Origin: Nemertoderma westbladi
Lineage: Eukaryota > Animalia > Xenacoelomorpha
Assembly (NCBI GenBank): GCA_032718475.1
Contig: JAUCBJ010007942.1
Span: 33,021-97,020, forward strand
DNA length: 64,000 bases
Direction of reading: 5' to 3'
Under the pieces are notes generated by a model that saw only the letters and a list, made by a program, of their open reading frames with translations, did not search any database and was not told the origin of the DNA. Position 1 is the first letter of the stretch; every line of letters starts with the position of its first letter. Positions 45,701 to 59,627 of the stretch are shown here, piece by piece. A program made the translations under genes and the position numbers.

Positions 45701-48700
45701 CTGTAACCCGCTACGCTCCTTTCTCTTAAACACAGCCACTGTAACCTGCTCATTTCCCTTAAACACAGCCACTGTAACCCGCTACGCTCCTTTCCATTAA
45801 ACACAGCCTCTGTAACCCGCTACGCTCCTTTCCCTTAAACACAGCCACTGTAACCCGCTACGCTCCTTTCCATTAAACACAGCCTCTGTAACCCGCTACG
45901 CTCCTTTCCATTAAACACAGCCACTGTAACCCGCTACGCTCCTTTCCCTTAAACACAGCCACTGTAACCCGCTACGCTCCTTTCCCTTAAACACAGCCAC
46001 TGTAACCCGCTACGCTCCTTTCCATTAAACACAGCCACTGTAACCTGCTACGCTCCTTTCCCTTAAACACAGCCTCTGTAACCCGCTACGCTCCTTTCCA
46101 TTAAACACAGCCACTGTAACCCGCTACGCTCCTTTCCCTTAAACACAGCCACTGTAACCCGCTACGCTCCTTTCCCTTAAACACAGCCTCTGTAACCCGC
46201 TACGCTCCTTTCCCTTAAACACAGCCACTGTAACCCGCTACGCTCCTTTCCCTTAAACACAGCCTCTGTAACCCGCTATGCTCATTTCCATTAAACACAG
46301 CCACTGTAACCTGCTACGCTCCTTTCCATTAAACACAGCCTCTGTAACCCGCTACGCTCCTTTCCATTAAACACAGCCACTGTAACCCGCTACGCTCCTT
46401 TCCCTTAAACACAGCCACTGTAACCCGCTACGCTCCTTTCCCTTAAACACAGCCTCTGTAACCCGCTACGCTCCTTTCCCTTAAACACAGCCACTGTAAC
46501 CCGCTACGCTCCTTTCCCTTAAACACAGCCACTGTAACCTGCTACGCTCCTTTCCATTAAACACAGCCTCTGTAACCCGCTACGCTCCTTTCCATTAAAC
46601 ACAGCCACTGTAACCCGCTACGCTCCTTTCCCTTAAACACAGCCACTGTAACCCGCTACGCTCCTTTCCCTTAAACACAGCCACTGTAACCCGCTACGCT
46701 CCTTTCCCTTAAACACAGCCACTGTAACCCGCTACGCTCCTTTCCCTTAAACACAGCCACTGTAACCCGCTACGCTCCTTTCCCTTAAACACAGCCTCTG
46801 TAACCCGCTACGCTCCTTTCCCTTAAACACAGCCACTGTAACCTGCTACGCTCCTTTCCCTTAAACACAGCCACTGTAACCCGCTACGCTCCTTTCCCTT
46901 AAACACAGCCTCTGTAACCCGCTACGCTCCTTTCCCTTAAACACAGCCACTGTAACCTGCTACGCTCCTTTCCATTAAACACAGCCTCTGTAACCCGCTA
47001 CGCTCCTTTCCCTTAAACACAGCCACTGTAACCTGCTCATTTCCCTTAAACACAGCCTCTGTAACCCGCTACGCTCCTTTCCATTAAACACAGCCACTGT
47101 AACCCGCTACGCTCCTTTCCCTTAAACACAGCCTCTGTAACCTGCTACGCTCCTTTCCATTAAACACAGCCACTGTAACCTGCTACGCTCCTTTCCATTA
47201 AACACAGCCACTGTAACCCGCTACGCTCCTTTCCCTTAAACACAGCCACTGTAACCCGCTACGCTCCTTTCCCTTAAACACAGCCACTGTAACCCGCTAC
47301 GCTCCTTTCCCTTAAACACAGCCACTGTAACCCGCTACGCTCCTTTCCATTAAACACAGCCACTGTAACCCGCTACGCTCCTTTCCCTTAAACACAGCCA
47401 CTGTAACCTGCTACGCTCCTTTCCCTTAAACACAGCCTCTGTAACCCGCTACGCTCCTTTCCATTAAACACAGCCACTGTAACCCGCTACGCTCCTTTCC
47501 CTTAAACACAGCCTCTGTAACCTGCTACGCTCCTTTCCATTAAACACAGCCACTGTAACCCGCTACGCTCCTTTCCCTTAAACACAGCCACTGTAACCCG
47601 CTACGCTCCTTTCCCTTAAACACAGCCACTGTAACCCGCTACGCTCCTTTCCATTAAACACAGCCACTGTAACCCGCTACGCTCCTTTCCCTTAAACACA
47701 GCCACTGTAACCCGCTACGCTCCTTTCCCTTAAACACAGCCACTGTAACCCGCTACGCTCCTTTCCATTAAACACAGCCACTGTAACCCGCTACGCTCCT
47801 TTCCCTTAAACACAGCCTCTGTAACCCGCTACGCTCCTTTCCATTAAACACAGCCACTGTAACCCGCTACGCTCCTTTCCCTTAAACACAGCCACTGTAA
47901 CCCGCTACGCTCCTTTCCCTTAAACACAGCCACTGTAACCCGCTACGCTCCTTTCCATTAAACACAGCCACTGTAACCCGCTACGCTCCTTTCCCTTAAA
48001 CACAGCCACTGTAACCCGCTACGCTCCTTTCCCTTAAACACAGCCACTGTAACCCGCTACGCTCCTTTCTCTTAAACACAGCCACTGTAACCCGCTACGC
48101 TCCTTTCCCTTAAACACAGCCACTGTAACCCGCTACGCTCCTTTCCCTTAAACACAGCCACTGTAACCCGCTACGCTCCTTTCCCTTAAACACAGCCTCT
48201 GTAACCTGCTACGCTCCTTTCCATTAAACACAGCCACTGTAACCCGCTACACTCCTTTCCCTTAAACACAGCCACTGTAACCCGCTACACTCCTTTCCCT
48301 TAAACACAGCCACTGTAACCCGCTACGCTCCTTTACCTTAAACACAGCCACTGTAACCCGCTACGCTCCTTTCCCTTAAACACAGCCACTGTAACCCACT
48401 ACGCTCCTTTCCCTTAAACACAGCCACTGTAACCCGCTACGCTCCTTTCCATTAAACACAGCCACTGTAACCCGCTACGCTCCTTTCTCTTAAACACAGC
48501 CTCTGTAACCCGCTACGCTCCTTTCCCTTAAACACAGCCACTGTAACCCGCTACGCTCCTTTCCATTAAACACAGCCACTGTAACCCGCTACGCTCCTTT
48601 CTCTTAAACACAGCCACTGTAACCCGCTACGCTCCTTTCCCTTAAACACAGCCACTGTAACCCGCTACGCTCCTTTCCCTTAAACACAGCCACTGTAACC

Positions 48701-51700
48701 CGCTACGCTCCTTTCCATTAAACACAGCCACTGTAACCCGCTACGCTCCTTTCCCTTAAACACAGCCACTGTAACCCGCTACGCTCCTTTCCCTTAAACA
48801 CAGCCACTGTAACCTGCTCATTTCCCTTAAACACAGCCTCTGTAACCCGCTACGCTCCTTTCCATTAAACACAGCCACTGTAACCCGCTACGCTCCTTTC
48901 CCTTAAACACAGTCACTGTAACCCGCTACGCTCCTTTCCCTTAAACACAGCCACTGTAACCCGCTACGCTCCTTTCCATTAAACACAGCCACTGTAACCC
49001 GCTACGCTCCTTTCCCTTAAACACAGCCACTGTAACCCGCTACGCTCCTTTCCCTTAAACACAGCCACTGTAACCCGCTACGCTCCTTTCCATTAAACAC
49101 AGCCACTGTAACCCGCTACGCTCCTTTCCCTTAAACACAGCCACTGTAACCCACTACGCTCCTTTCCCTTAAACACAGCCACTGTAACCCGCTACGCTCC
49201 TTTCCATTAAACACAGCCACTGTAACCCGCTACGCTCCTTTCCCTTAAACACAGCCACTGTAACCCGCTACGCTCCTTTCCCTTAAACACAGCCACTGTA
49301 ACCTGCTACGCTCCTTTCCCTTAAACACAGCCACTGTAACCCGCTACGCTCCTTTCCCTTAAACACAGCCTCTGTAACCCGCTACGCTCATTTCCCTTAA
49401 ACACAGCCACTGTAACCCGCTACGCTCCTTTCCCTTAAACACAGCCAATGTAACCCGCTACGCTCCTTTCCCTTAAACACAGCCAATGTAACCTGCTACG
49501 CTCCTTTCCCTTAAACACAGCCACTGTAACCCGCTACGCTCCTTTCCCTTAAACACAGCCACTGTAACCCGCTACGCTCCTTTCCCTTAAACACAGCCAC
49601 TGTAACCCGCTACGCTCCTTTCCCTTAAACACAGCCTCTGTAACCCGCTACGCTCCTTTCCCTTAAACACAGCCACTGTAACCCGCTACGCTCCTTTCCC
49701 TTAAACACAGCCTCTGTAACCCGCTACGCTCCTTTCCCTTAAACACAGCCACTGTAACCCGCTACGCTCCTTTCCCTTAAACACAGCCACTGTAACCCAC
49801 TACGCTCCTTTCTCTTAAACACAGCCACTGTAACCCGCTACGCTCCTTTCCCTTAAACACAGCCACTGTAACCCGCTACGCTCCTTTCCCTTAAACACAG
49901 CCACTGTAACCCGCTACGCTCCTTTCCCTTAAACACAGCCACTGTAACCCGCTACGCTCCTTTCCCTTAAACACAGCCACTGTAACCCGCTACGCTCCTT
50001 TCCCTTAAACACAGCCACTGTAACCCGCTACGCTCCTTTCCCTTAAACACAGCCACTGTAACCCGCTACGCTCATTTCCCTTAAACACAGCCACTGTAAC
50101 CCGCTACGCTCCTTTCCCTTAAACACAGCCACTGTAACCCGCTACGCTCCTTTCCATTAAACACAGCCTCTGTAACCCGCTACGCTCCTTTCCCTTAAAC
50201 ACAGCCACTGTAACCCGCTACGCTCCTTTCCATTAAACACAGCCTCTGTAACCCGCTACGCTCCTTTCCCTTAAACACAGCCACTGTAACCCGCTACGCT
50301 CCTTTCCCTTAAACACAGCCACTGTAACCCGCTACGCTCCTTTCCCTTAAACACAGCCACTGTAACCCGCTACGCTCCTTTCCCTTAAACACAGCCACTG
50401 TAACCCGCTACGCTCCTTTCCCTTAAACACAGCCACTGTAACCCGCTACGCTCCTTTCCCTTAAACACAGCCACTGTAACCCGCTACGCTCCTTTCTCTT
50501 AAACACAGCCACTGTAACCCGCTACGCTCCTTTCTCTTAAACACAGCCACTGTAACCCGCTACGCTCCTTTCCCTTAAACACAGCCACTGTAACCCGCTA
50601 CGCTCCTTTCCCTTAAACACAGCCACTGTAACCCGCTACGCTCCTTTCCCTTAAACACAGCCACTGTAACCCGCTACGCTCCTTTCTCTTAAACACAGCC
50701 ACTGTAACCCGCTACGCTCCTTTCCCTTAAACACAGCCTCTGTAACCCGCTACGCTCCTTTCCCTTAAACACAGCCACTGTAACCCGCTACGCTCCTTTC
50801 CATTAAACACAGCCACTGTAACCCGCTACGCTCCTTTCCCTTAAACACAGCCACTGTAACCCGCTACGCTCCTTTCCATTAAACACAGCCACTGTAACCC
50901 ACTACGCTCCTTTCCATTAAACACAGCCACTGTAACCCGCTACGCTCCTTTCCCTTAAACACAGCCTCTGTAACCCGCTACGCTCCTTTCCATTAAACAC
51001 AGCCACTGTAACCCGCTACGCTCCTTTCCCTTAAACACAGCCACTGTAACCTGCTACGCTCCTTTCCATTAAACACAGCCACTGTAACCCGCTACGCTCC
51101 TTTCCATTAAACACAGCCACTGTAACCCGCTACGCTCCTTTCCCTTAAACACAGCTACTGTAACCTGCTACGCTCCTTTCCATTAAACACAGCCACTGTA
51201 ACCCGCTACGCTCCTTTCCATTAAACACAGCCACTGTAACCCGCTACGCTCCTTTCCCTTAAACACAGCTACTGTAACCTGCTACGCTCCTTTCCATTAA
51301 ACACAGCCACTGTAACCCGCTACGCTCCTTTCCATTAAACACAGCCACTGTAACCCGCTACGCTCCTTTCCCTTAAACACAGCTACTGTAACCTGCTACG
51401 CTCCTTTCCATTAAACACAGCCACTGTAACCCGCTACGCTCCTTTCCCTTAAACACAGCCACTGTAACCCGCTACGCTCCTTTCCCTTAAACACAGCCTC
51501 TGTAACCCGCTACGCTCCTTTCCCTTAAACACAGCCACTGTAACCCGCTACGCTCCTTTCTCTTAAACACAGCCACTGTAACCCGCTACGCTCCTTTCCC
51601 TTAAACACAGCCACTGTAACCCGCTACGCTCCTTTCCATTAAACACAGCCACTGTAACCCGCTACGCTCCTTTCCCTTAAACACAGCCACTGTAACCCGC

Positions 51701-54700
51701 TACGTTCCTTTCCCTTAAACACAGCCACTGTAACCCGCTACGCTCCTTTCCATTAAACACAGCCACTGTAACCCGCTACACTCCTTTCCCTTAAACACAG
51801 CCACTGTAACCCGCTACACTCCTTTCCCTTAAACACAGCCACTGTAACCCGCTACGCTCCTTTCTCTTAAACACAGCCTCTGTAACCCGCTACGCTCCTT
51901 TCCCTTAAACACAGCCACTGTAACCTGCTACGCTCCTTTCCCTTAAACACAGCCACTGTAACCCGCTACGCTCCTTTCCCTTAAACACAGCCACTGTAAC
52001 CTGCTACGCTCCTTTCCCTTAAACACAGCCACTGTAACCCGCTACGCTCCTTTCCATTAAACACAGCCACTGTAACCCGCTACGCTCCTTTCCCTTAAAC
52101 ACAGCCACTGTAACCCGCTACGCTCCTTTCCCTTAAACACAGCCACTGTAACCCGCTACGCTCCTTTCTCTTAAACACAGCCACTGTAACCCGCTACGCT
52201 CCTTTCCATTAAACACAGCCACTGTAACCCGCTACGCTCCTTTCCCTTAAACACAGCCACTGTAACCCGCTACGCTCCTTTCCCTTAAACACAGCCACTG
52301 TAACCCGCTACGCTCCTTTCTCTTAAACACAGCCACTGTAACCCGCTACGCTCCTTTCCATTAAACACAGCCACTGTAACCCGCTACACTCCTTTCCCTT
52401 AAACACAGCCACTGTAACCCGCTACACTCCTTTCCCTTAAACACAGCCACTGTAACCCGCTACGCTCCTTTCTCTTAAACACAGCCACTGTAACCCGCTA
52501 CACTCCTTTCCCTTAAACACAGCCACTGTAACCCGCTACACTCCTTTCCCTTAAACACAGCCACTGTAACCCGCTACGCTCCTTTCCCTTAAACACAGCC
52601 ACTGTAACCCGCTACGCTCCTTTCCCTTAAACACAGCCACTGTAACCCGCTACGCTCCTTTCCCTTAAACACAGCCACTGTAACCCACTACGCTCCTTTC
52701 CATTAAACACAGCCACTGTAACCCGCTACGCTCCTTTCCCTTAAACACAGCCACTGTAACCCGCTACGCTCCTTTCCCTTAAACACAGCCACTGTAACCT
52801 GCTACGCTCCTTTCCCTTAAACACAGCCACTGTAACCCGCTACGCTCCTTTCCATTAAACACAGCCACTGTAACCCGCTACACTCCTTTCCCTTAAACAC
52901 AGCCACTGTAACCCGCTACGCTCCTTTCCCTTAAACACAGCCACTGTAACCCGCTACGCTCCTTTCTCTTAAACACAGCCACTGTAACCCGCTACGCTCC
53001 TTTCCATTAAACACAGCCACTGTAACCCGCTACGCTCCTTTCCCTTAAACACAGCCACTGTAACCCGCTACACTCCTTTCCCTTAAACACAGCCACTGTA
53101 ACCCGCTACGCTCCTTTCCCTTAAACACAGCCACTGTAACCCGCTACGCTCCTTTCTCTTAAACACAGCCACTGTAACCCGCTACGCTCCTTTCCCTTAA
53201 ACACAGCCACTGTAACCCGCTACGCTCCTTTCCCTTAAACACAGCCACTGTAACCCGCTACGCTCCTTTCCCTTAAACACAGCCACTGTAACCCGCTACG
53301 CTCCTTTCCATTAAACACAGCCACTGTAACCCGCTACGCTCCTTTCCATTAAACACAGCCACTGTAACCCGCTACGCTCCTTTCCATTAAACACAGCCAC
53401 TGTAACCCGCTACGCTCCTTTCCATTAAACACAGCCACTGTAACCCGCTACGCTCCTTTCCCTTAAACACAGCCACTGTAACCCGCTACGCTCCTTTCCA
53501 TTAAACACAGCCACTGTAACCCGCTACGCTCCTTTCCCTTAAACACAGCCACTGTAACCCGCTACACTCCTTTCCCTTAAACACAGCCACTGTAACCCGC
53601 TACGCTCCTTTCCCTTAAACACAGCCACTGTAACCCGCTACGCTCCTTTCCCTTAAACACAGCCACTGTAACCCGCTACGCTCCTTTCCCTTAAACACAG
53701 CCACTGTAACCCGCTACGCTCCTTTCCATTAAACACAGCCACTGTAACCCGCTACGCTCCTTTCCCTTAAACACAGCCACTGTAACCCGCTACGCTCCTT
53801 TCCCTTAAACACAGCCACTGTAACCCGCTACGCTCCTTTCCATTAAACACAGCCACTGTAACCCGCTACGCTCCTTTCTCTTAAACACAGCCACTGTAAC
53901 CCGCTACGCTCCTTTCCCTTAAACACAGCCACTGTAACCCGCTACGCTCCTTTCCCTTAAACACAGCCACTGTAACCCGCTACGCTCCTTTCCATTAAAC
54001 ACAGCCACTGTAACCCGCTACGCTCCTTTCTCTTAAACACAGCCACTGTAACCCGCTACGCTCCTTTCCCTTAAACACAGCCACTGTAACCCGCTACGCT
54101 CCTTTCCATTAAACACAGCCACTGTAACCCGCTACGCTCCTTTCCATTAAACACAGCCACTGTAACCCGCTACGCTCCTTTCCCTTAAACACAGCCACTG
54201 TAACCCGCTACGCTCCTTTCCCTTAAACACAGCCACTGTAACCCGCTACGCTCCTTTCCCTTAAACACAGCCACTGTAACCCGCTACGCTCCTTTCCCTT
54301 AAACACAGCCACTGTAACCCGCTACGCTCCTTTCCCTTAAACACAGCCACTGTAACCCGCTACGCTCCTTTCTCTTAAACACAGCCACTGTAACCCGCTA
54401 CGCTCCTTTCCATTAAACACAGCCACTGTAACCCGCTACGCTCCTTTCCCTTAAACACAGCCACTGTAACCCGCTACGCTCCTTTCCCTTAAACACAGCC
54501 ACTGTAACCCGCTACGCTCCTTTCCCTTAAACACAGCCACTGTAACCCGCTACGCTCCTTTCCCTTAAACACAGCCACTGTAACCCGCTACGCTCCTTTC
54601 TCTTAAACACAGCCACTGTAACCCGCTACGCTCCTTTCCCTTAAACACAGCCACTGTAACCCGCTACGCTCCTTTCCCTTAAACACAGCCACTGTAACCC

Positions 54701-57700
54701 GCTACGCTCCTTTCCATTAAACACAGCCACTGTAACCCGCTACGCTCCTTTCCCTTAAACACAGCCACTGTAACCCGCTACGCTCCTTTCCCTTAAACAC
54801 AGCCACTGTAACCCGCTACGCTCCTTTCCATTAAACACAGCCACTGTAACCCGCTACGCTCCTTTCCCTTAAACACAGCCACTGTAACCCGCTACGCTCC
54901 TTTCCCTTAAACACAGCCACTGTAACCCGCTACGCTCCTTTCCCTTAAACACAGCCACTGTAACCCGCTACGCTCCTTTCCATTAAACACAGCCACTGTA
55001 ACCCGCTACGCTCCTTTCCATTAAACACAGCCACTGTAACCCGCTACGCTCCTTTCCATTAAACACAGCCACTGTAACCCGCTACGCTCCTTTCCCTTAA
55101 ACACAGCCACTGTAACCCGCTACGCTCCTTTCCATTAAACACAGCCACTGTAACCCGCTACGCTCCTTTCCATTAAACACAGCCACTGTAACCCGCTACG
55201 CTCCTTTCCCTTAAACACAGCCACTGTAACCCGCTACGCTCCTTTCCCTTAAACACAGCCACTGTAACCCGCTACGCTCCTTTCCCTTAAACACAGCCAC
55301 TGTAACCCGCTACGCTCCTTTCCATTAAACACAGCCACTGTAACCCGCTACGCTCCTTTCCCTTAAACACAGCCACTGTAACCCGCTACGCTCCTTTCCC
55401 TTAAACACAGCCACTGTAACCCGCTACGCTCCTTTCCATTAAACACAGCCACTGTAACCCGCTACGCTCCTTTCCCTTAAACACAGCCACTGTAACCCGC
55501 TACGCTCCTTTCCATTAAACACAGCCACTGTAACCCGCTACGCTCCTTTCCATTAAACACAGCCACTGTAACCCGCTACGCTCCTTTCCCTTAAACACAG
55601 CCACTGTAACCCGCTACGCTCCTTTCCATTAAACACAGCCACTGTAACCCGCTACGCTCCTTTCCCTTAAACACAGCCACTGTAACCCGCTACGCTCCTT
55701 TCCCTTAAACACAGCCACTGTAACCCGCTACGCTCCTTTCCCTTAAACACAGCCACTGTAACCCGCTACGCTCCTTTCCCTTAAACACAGCCACTGTAAC
55801 CCGCTACGCTCCTTTCCATTAAACACAGCCACTGTAACCCGCTACGCTCCTTTCCCTTAAACACAGCCACTGTAACCCGCTACGCTCCTTTCCCTTAAAC
55901 ACAGCCACTGTAACCCGCTACGCTCCTTTCCATTAAACACAGCCACTGTAACCCGCTACGCTCCTTTCCCTTAAACACAGCCACTGTAACCCGCTACGCT
56001 CCTTTCCCTTAAACACAGCCACTGTAACCCGCTACGCTCCTTTCCATTAAACACAGCCACTGTAACCCGCTACGCTCCTTTCCCTTAAACACAGCCACTG
56101 TAACCCGCTACGCTCCTTTCCATTAAACACAGCCACTGTAACCCGCTACGCTCCTTTCCCTTAAACACAGCCACTGTAACCCGCTACGCTCCTTTCCATT
56201 AAACACAGCCACTGTAACCCGCTACGCTCCTTTCCCTTAAACACAGCCACTGTAACCCGCTACGCTCCTTTCCATTAAACACAGCCACTGTAACCCGCTA
56301 CGCTCCTTTCCCTTAAACACAGCCACTGTAACCCGCTACGCTCCTTTCCCTTAAACACAGCCACTGTAACCCGCTACGCTCCTTTCCATTAAACACAGCC
56401 ACTGTAACCCGCTACGCTCCTTTCCCTTAAACACAGCCACTGTAACCCGCTACGCTCCTTTCTCTTAAACACAGCCACTGTAACCCGCTACGCTCCTTTC
56501 CCTTAAACACAGCCACTGTAACCCGCTACGCTCCTTTCCTTAAACACAGCCACTGTAACCCGCTACGCTCCTTTCCCTTAAACACAGCCACTGTAACCCG
56601 CTACGCTCCTTTCCCTTAAACACAGCCACTGTAACCCGCTACGCTCCTTTCCCTTAAACACAGCCACTGTAACCCGCTACGCTCCTTTCCCTTAAACACA
56701 GCCACTGTAACCCGCTACGCTCCTTTCCCTTAAACACAGCCACTGTAACCCGCTACGCTCCTTTCCCTTAAACACAGCCACTGTAACCCGCTACGCTCCT
56801 TTCCCTTAAACACAGCCACTGTAACCCGCTACGCTCCTTTCCCTTAAACACAGCCACTGTAACCCGCTACGCTCCTTTCTCTTAAACACAGCCACTGTAA
56901 CCCGCTACGCTCCTTTCCCTTAAACACAGCCACTGTAACCCGCTACGCTCCTTTCCCTTAAACACAGCCACTGTAACCCGCTACGCTCCTTTCCCTTAAA
57001 CACAGCCACTGTAACCCGCTACGCTCCTTTCCCTTAAACACAGCCACTGTAACCCGCTACGCTCCTTTCCCTTAAACACAGCCACTGTAACCCGCTACGC
57101 TCCTTTCCCTTAAACACAGCCACTGTAACCCGCTACGCTCCTTTCCCTTAAACACAGCCACTGTAACCCGCTACGCTCCTTTCCCTTAAACACAGCCACT
57201 GTAACCCGCTACGCTCCTTTCCCTTAAACACAGCCACTGTAACCCGCTACGCTCCTTTCCCTTAAACACAGCCACTGTAACCCGCTACGCTCCTTTCCCT
57301 TAAACACAGCCACTGTAACCCGCTACGCTCCTTTCCCTTAAACACAGCCACTGTAACCCGCTACGCTCCTTTCCCTTAAACACAGCCACTGTAACCCGCT
57401 ACGCTCCTTTCCCTTAAACACAGCCACTGTAACCCGCTACGCTCCTTTCCATTAAACACAGCCACTGTAACCCGCTACGCTCCTTTCCATTAAACACAGC
57501 CACTGTAACCCGCTACGCTCCTTTCCCTTAAACACAGCCACTGTAACCCGCTACGCTCCTTTCCCTTAAACACAGCCACTGTAACCCGCTACGCTCCTTT
57601 CCCTTAAACACAGCCACTGTAACCCGCTACGCTCCTTTCCATTAAACACAGCCACTGTAACCCGCTACGCTCCTTTCCATTAAACACAGCCACTGTAACC

Positions 57701-58485
57701 CGCTACGCTCCTTTCCATTAAACACAGCCACTGTAACCCGCTACGCTCCTTTCCCTTAAACACAGCCACTGTAACCCGCTACGCTCCTTTCCCTTAAACA
57801 CAGCCACTGTAACCCGCTACGCTCCTTTCCCTTAAACACAGCCACTGTAACCCGCTACGCTCCTTTCCCTTAAACACAGCCACTGTAACCCGCTACGCTC
57901 CTTTCCATTAAACACAGCCACTGTAACCTGCTACGCTCCTTTCCCTTAAACACAGCCACTGTAACCCGCTACGCTCCTTTCCCTTAAACACAGCCACTGT
58001 AACCCGCTACGCTCCTTTCCATTAAACACAGCCACTGTAACCCGCTACACGCTCCTTTCCCTTAAACACAGCCACTGTAACCCGCTACGCTCCTTTCCCT
58101 TAAACACAGCCACTGTAACCCGCTACGCTCCTTTCCCTTAAACACAGCCACTGTAACCCGCTACACTCCTTTCCCTTAAACACAGCCACTGTAACCCGCT
58201 ACGCTCCTTTCCCTTAAACACAGCCACTGTAACCTGCTACGCTCCTTTCCCTTAAACACAGCCACTGTAACCTGCTACGCTCCTTTCTCTTAAACACAGC
58301 CACTGTAACCCGCTACGCTCCTTTCCCTTAAACACAGCCACTGTAACCCGCTACGCTCCTTTCCCTTAAACACAGCCACTGTAACCTGCTACGCTCCTTT
58401 CCCTTAAACACAGCCACTGTAACCCGCTACGCTCCTTTCCCTTAAACACAGCCACTGTAACCCGCTACGCTCCTTTACCTTAAAC
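36800..58485. repeat. 38 bp satellite array, ~570 copies, 21.7 kb
   Basis: Unit GCTACGCTCCTTTCCCTTAAACACAGCCACTGTAACCC, with a few recurrent variant positions and occasional 33 bp deletion monomers. Confidence 0.98.
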
Positions 58486-58530
58486 TTGTGTGAACAACTG
58501 TGTGAAAAAATATTTAATTTTTCTTTGCAG

Positions 58531-59627
58531 GACCGGCTCTAAGCGCTACTCTAAACATCAGTTGTACGTTGAATAAAGGCAGTTACACTTACCAGCTGAC
58601 AATGTTCAACCGAAACGAGAACAACGTGTTACTAGAGGGGGAACCCAGCGAGGAGCACATATTCAACACGTGTTCCTTAACGAGTCCCGACTCTAAGGGT
58701 AAAATATCCCTCATAGTCGTCCCAATAATAGTCTGTCTCTTACTGCTCCTCTTCTTGGTCCTCTTCTTCTCTTGGGCGAAACTCAAAAACACAAAATGTT
58801 TCCGTAAACTTCCCAAACCCACGTTCGCAGAGGCCCCGGAATGCGTCCGCTTGGAGGCGTACGGCACGCGTTGGCGGGACGGCCCGTTCGGTATCCTGGG
58901 CTACCGTACGCCCCCCAGCGTCAGGGTGCTCCCTCCCGCCGCGCCCCCGGGCCCCTCTGAGGCCCCCGCGACGCCCCCCGATTACAATAAAGTCATCCAC
59001 ATCGAGGATCCGTCGCCCTACAGCGGCGTCAGCGTTCTAACGGACCCCAGTATCGTTCTAGCCAGCCCGCCGTTAGGGGGCGTTGAAAGCCCAGCGGAGG
59101 CGGAAACTCAGCTGGTTCGCGGCGAATCCTCCCCGCTAGAGGGCGCAACTTCGCCGCTGAGCGTTGTAACTTCCCCTCTAGGCGGCGTAACTCTCCCGTT
59201 CGGGCTCGCTACATCCCCGGTAGGTGGCGCACACATGATCTCGCCGCTAGGGGGTTACATACTCGAGGCGGACATCCCTTTGGTCGCCCCTTCGCGGCGG
59301 ACAGCGGCAGTGGAGCGCTCGTCCAGCGCGGTCTCGTCCAGCCAGTCGTTGCGCTCCGCTAGGGGGCGCGACCGACTGTCGGACCGGTCCGCCGGCTCCA
59401 CAGACTCCGGACACCACGACGGAAGTCCCACGGCGACCCACCAGGGGGCGTCCGGTATCCTAGCGACGGACCTCGCGTGCGACGGCGACCCCATAGAATT
59501 GGAGCCGTTAAACCCCCCCAGTCCCGGGGCCGACCGGGTTACACAGCCCCGCGTCACTCACAGTAGGAAACTCGAGCTGGTAGACCCGCTAGAGGGCGCT
59601 CTCTACCCGCCAGACACCACGGTCTGA
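58531..59627 (+). CDS. Probable terminal exon of a type I single-pass membrane protein with a Pro/Ser-rich cytoplasmic tail
   Basis: Acceptor TTTTTCTTTGCAG ends at 58530 and the frame is open from it (phase 1: PALSATLNISCTLNKGSY...). TM LIVVPIIVCLLLLLFLVLFFSW; juxtamembrane KLKNTKCFRKLPKP; PPDY motif; stop at 59625-59627. Confidence 0.7.

Noticed and set aside
36800-58485. CRISPR array or coding repeat
   Set aside because: Head-to-tail monomers with no spacers and no long ORFs.
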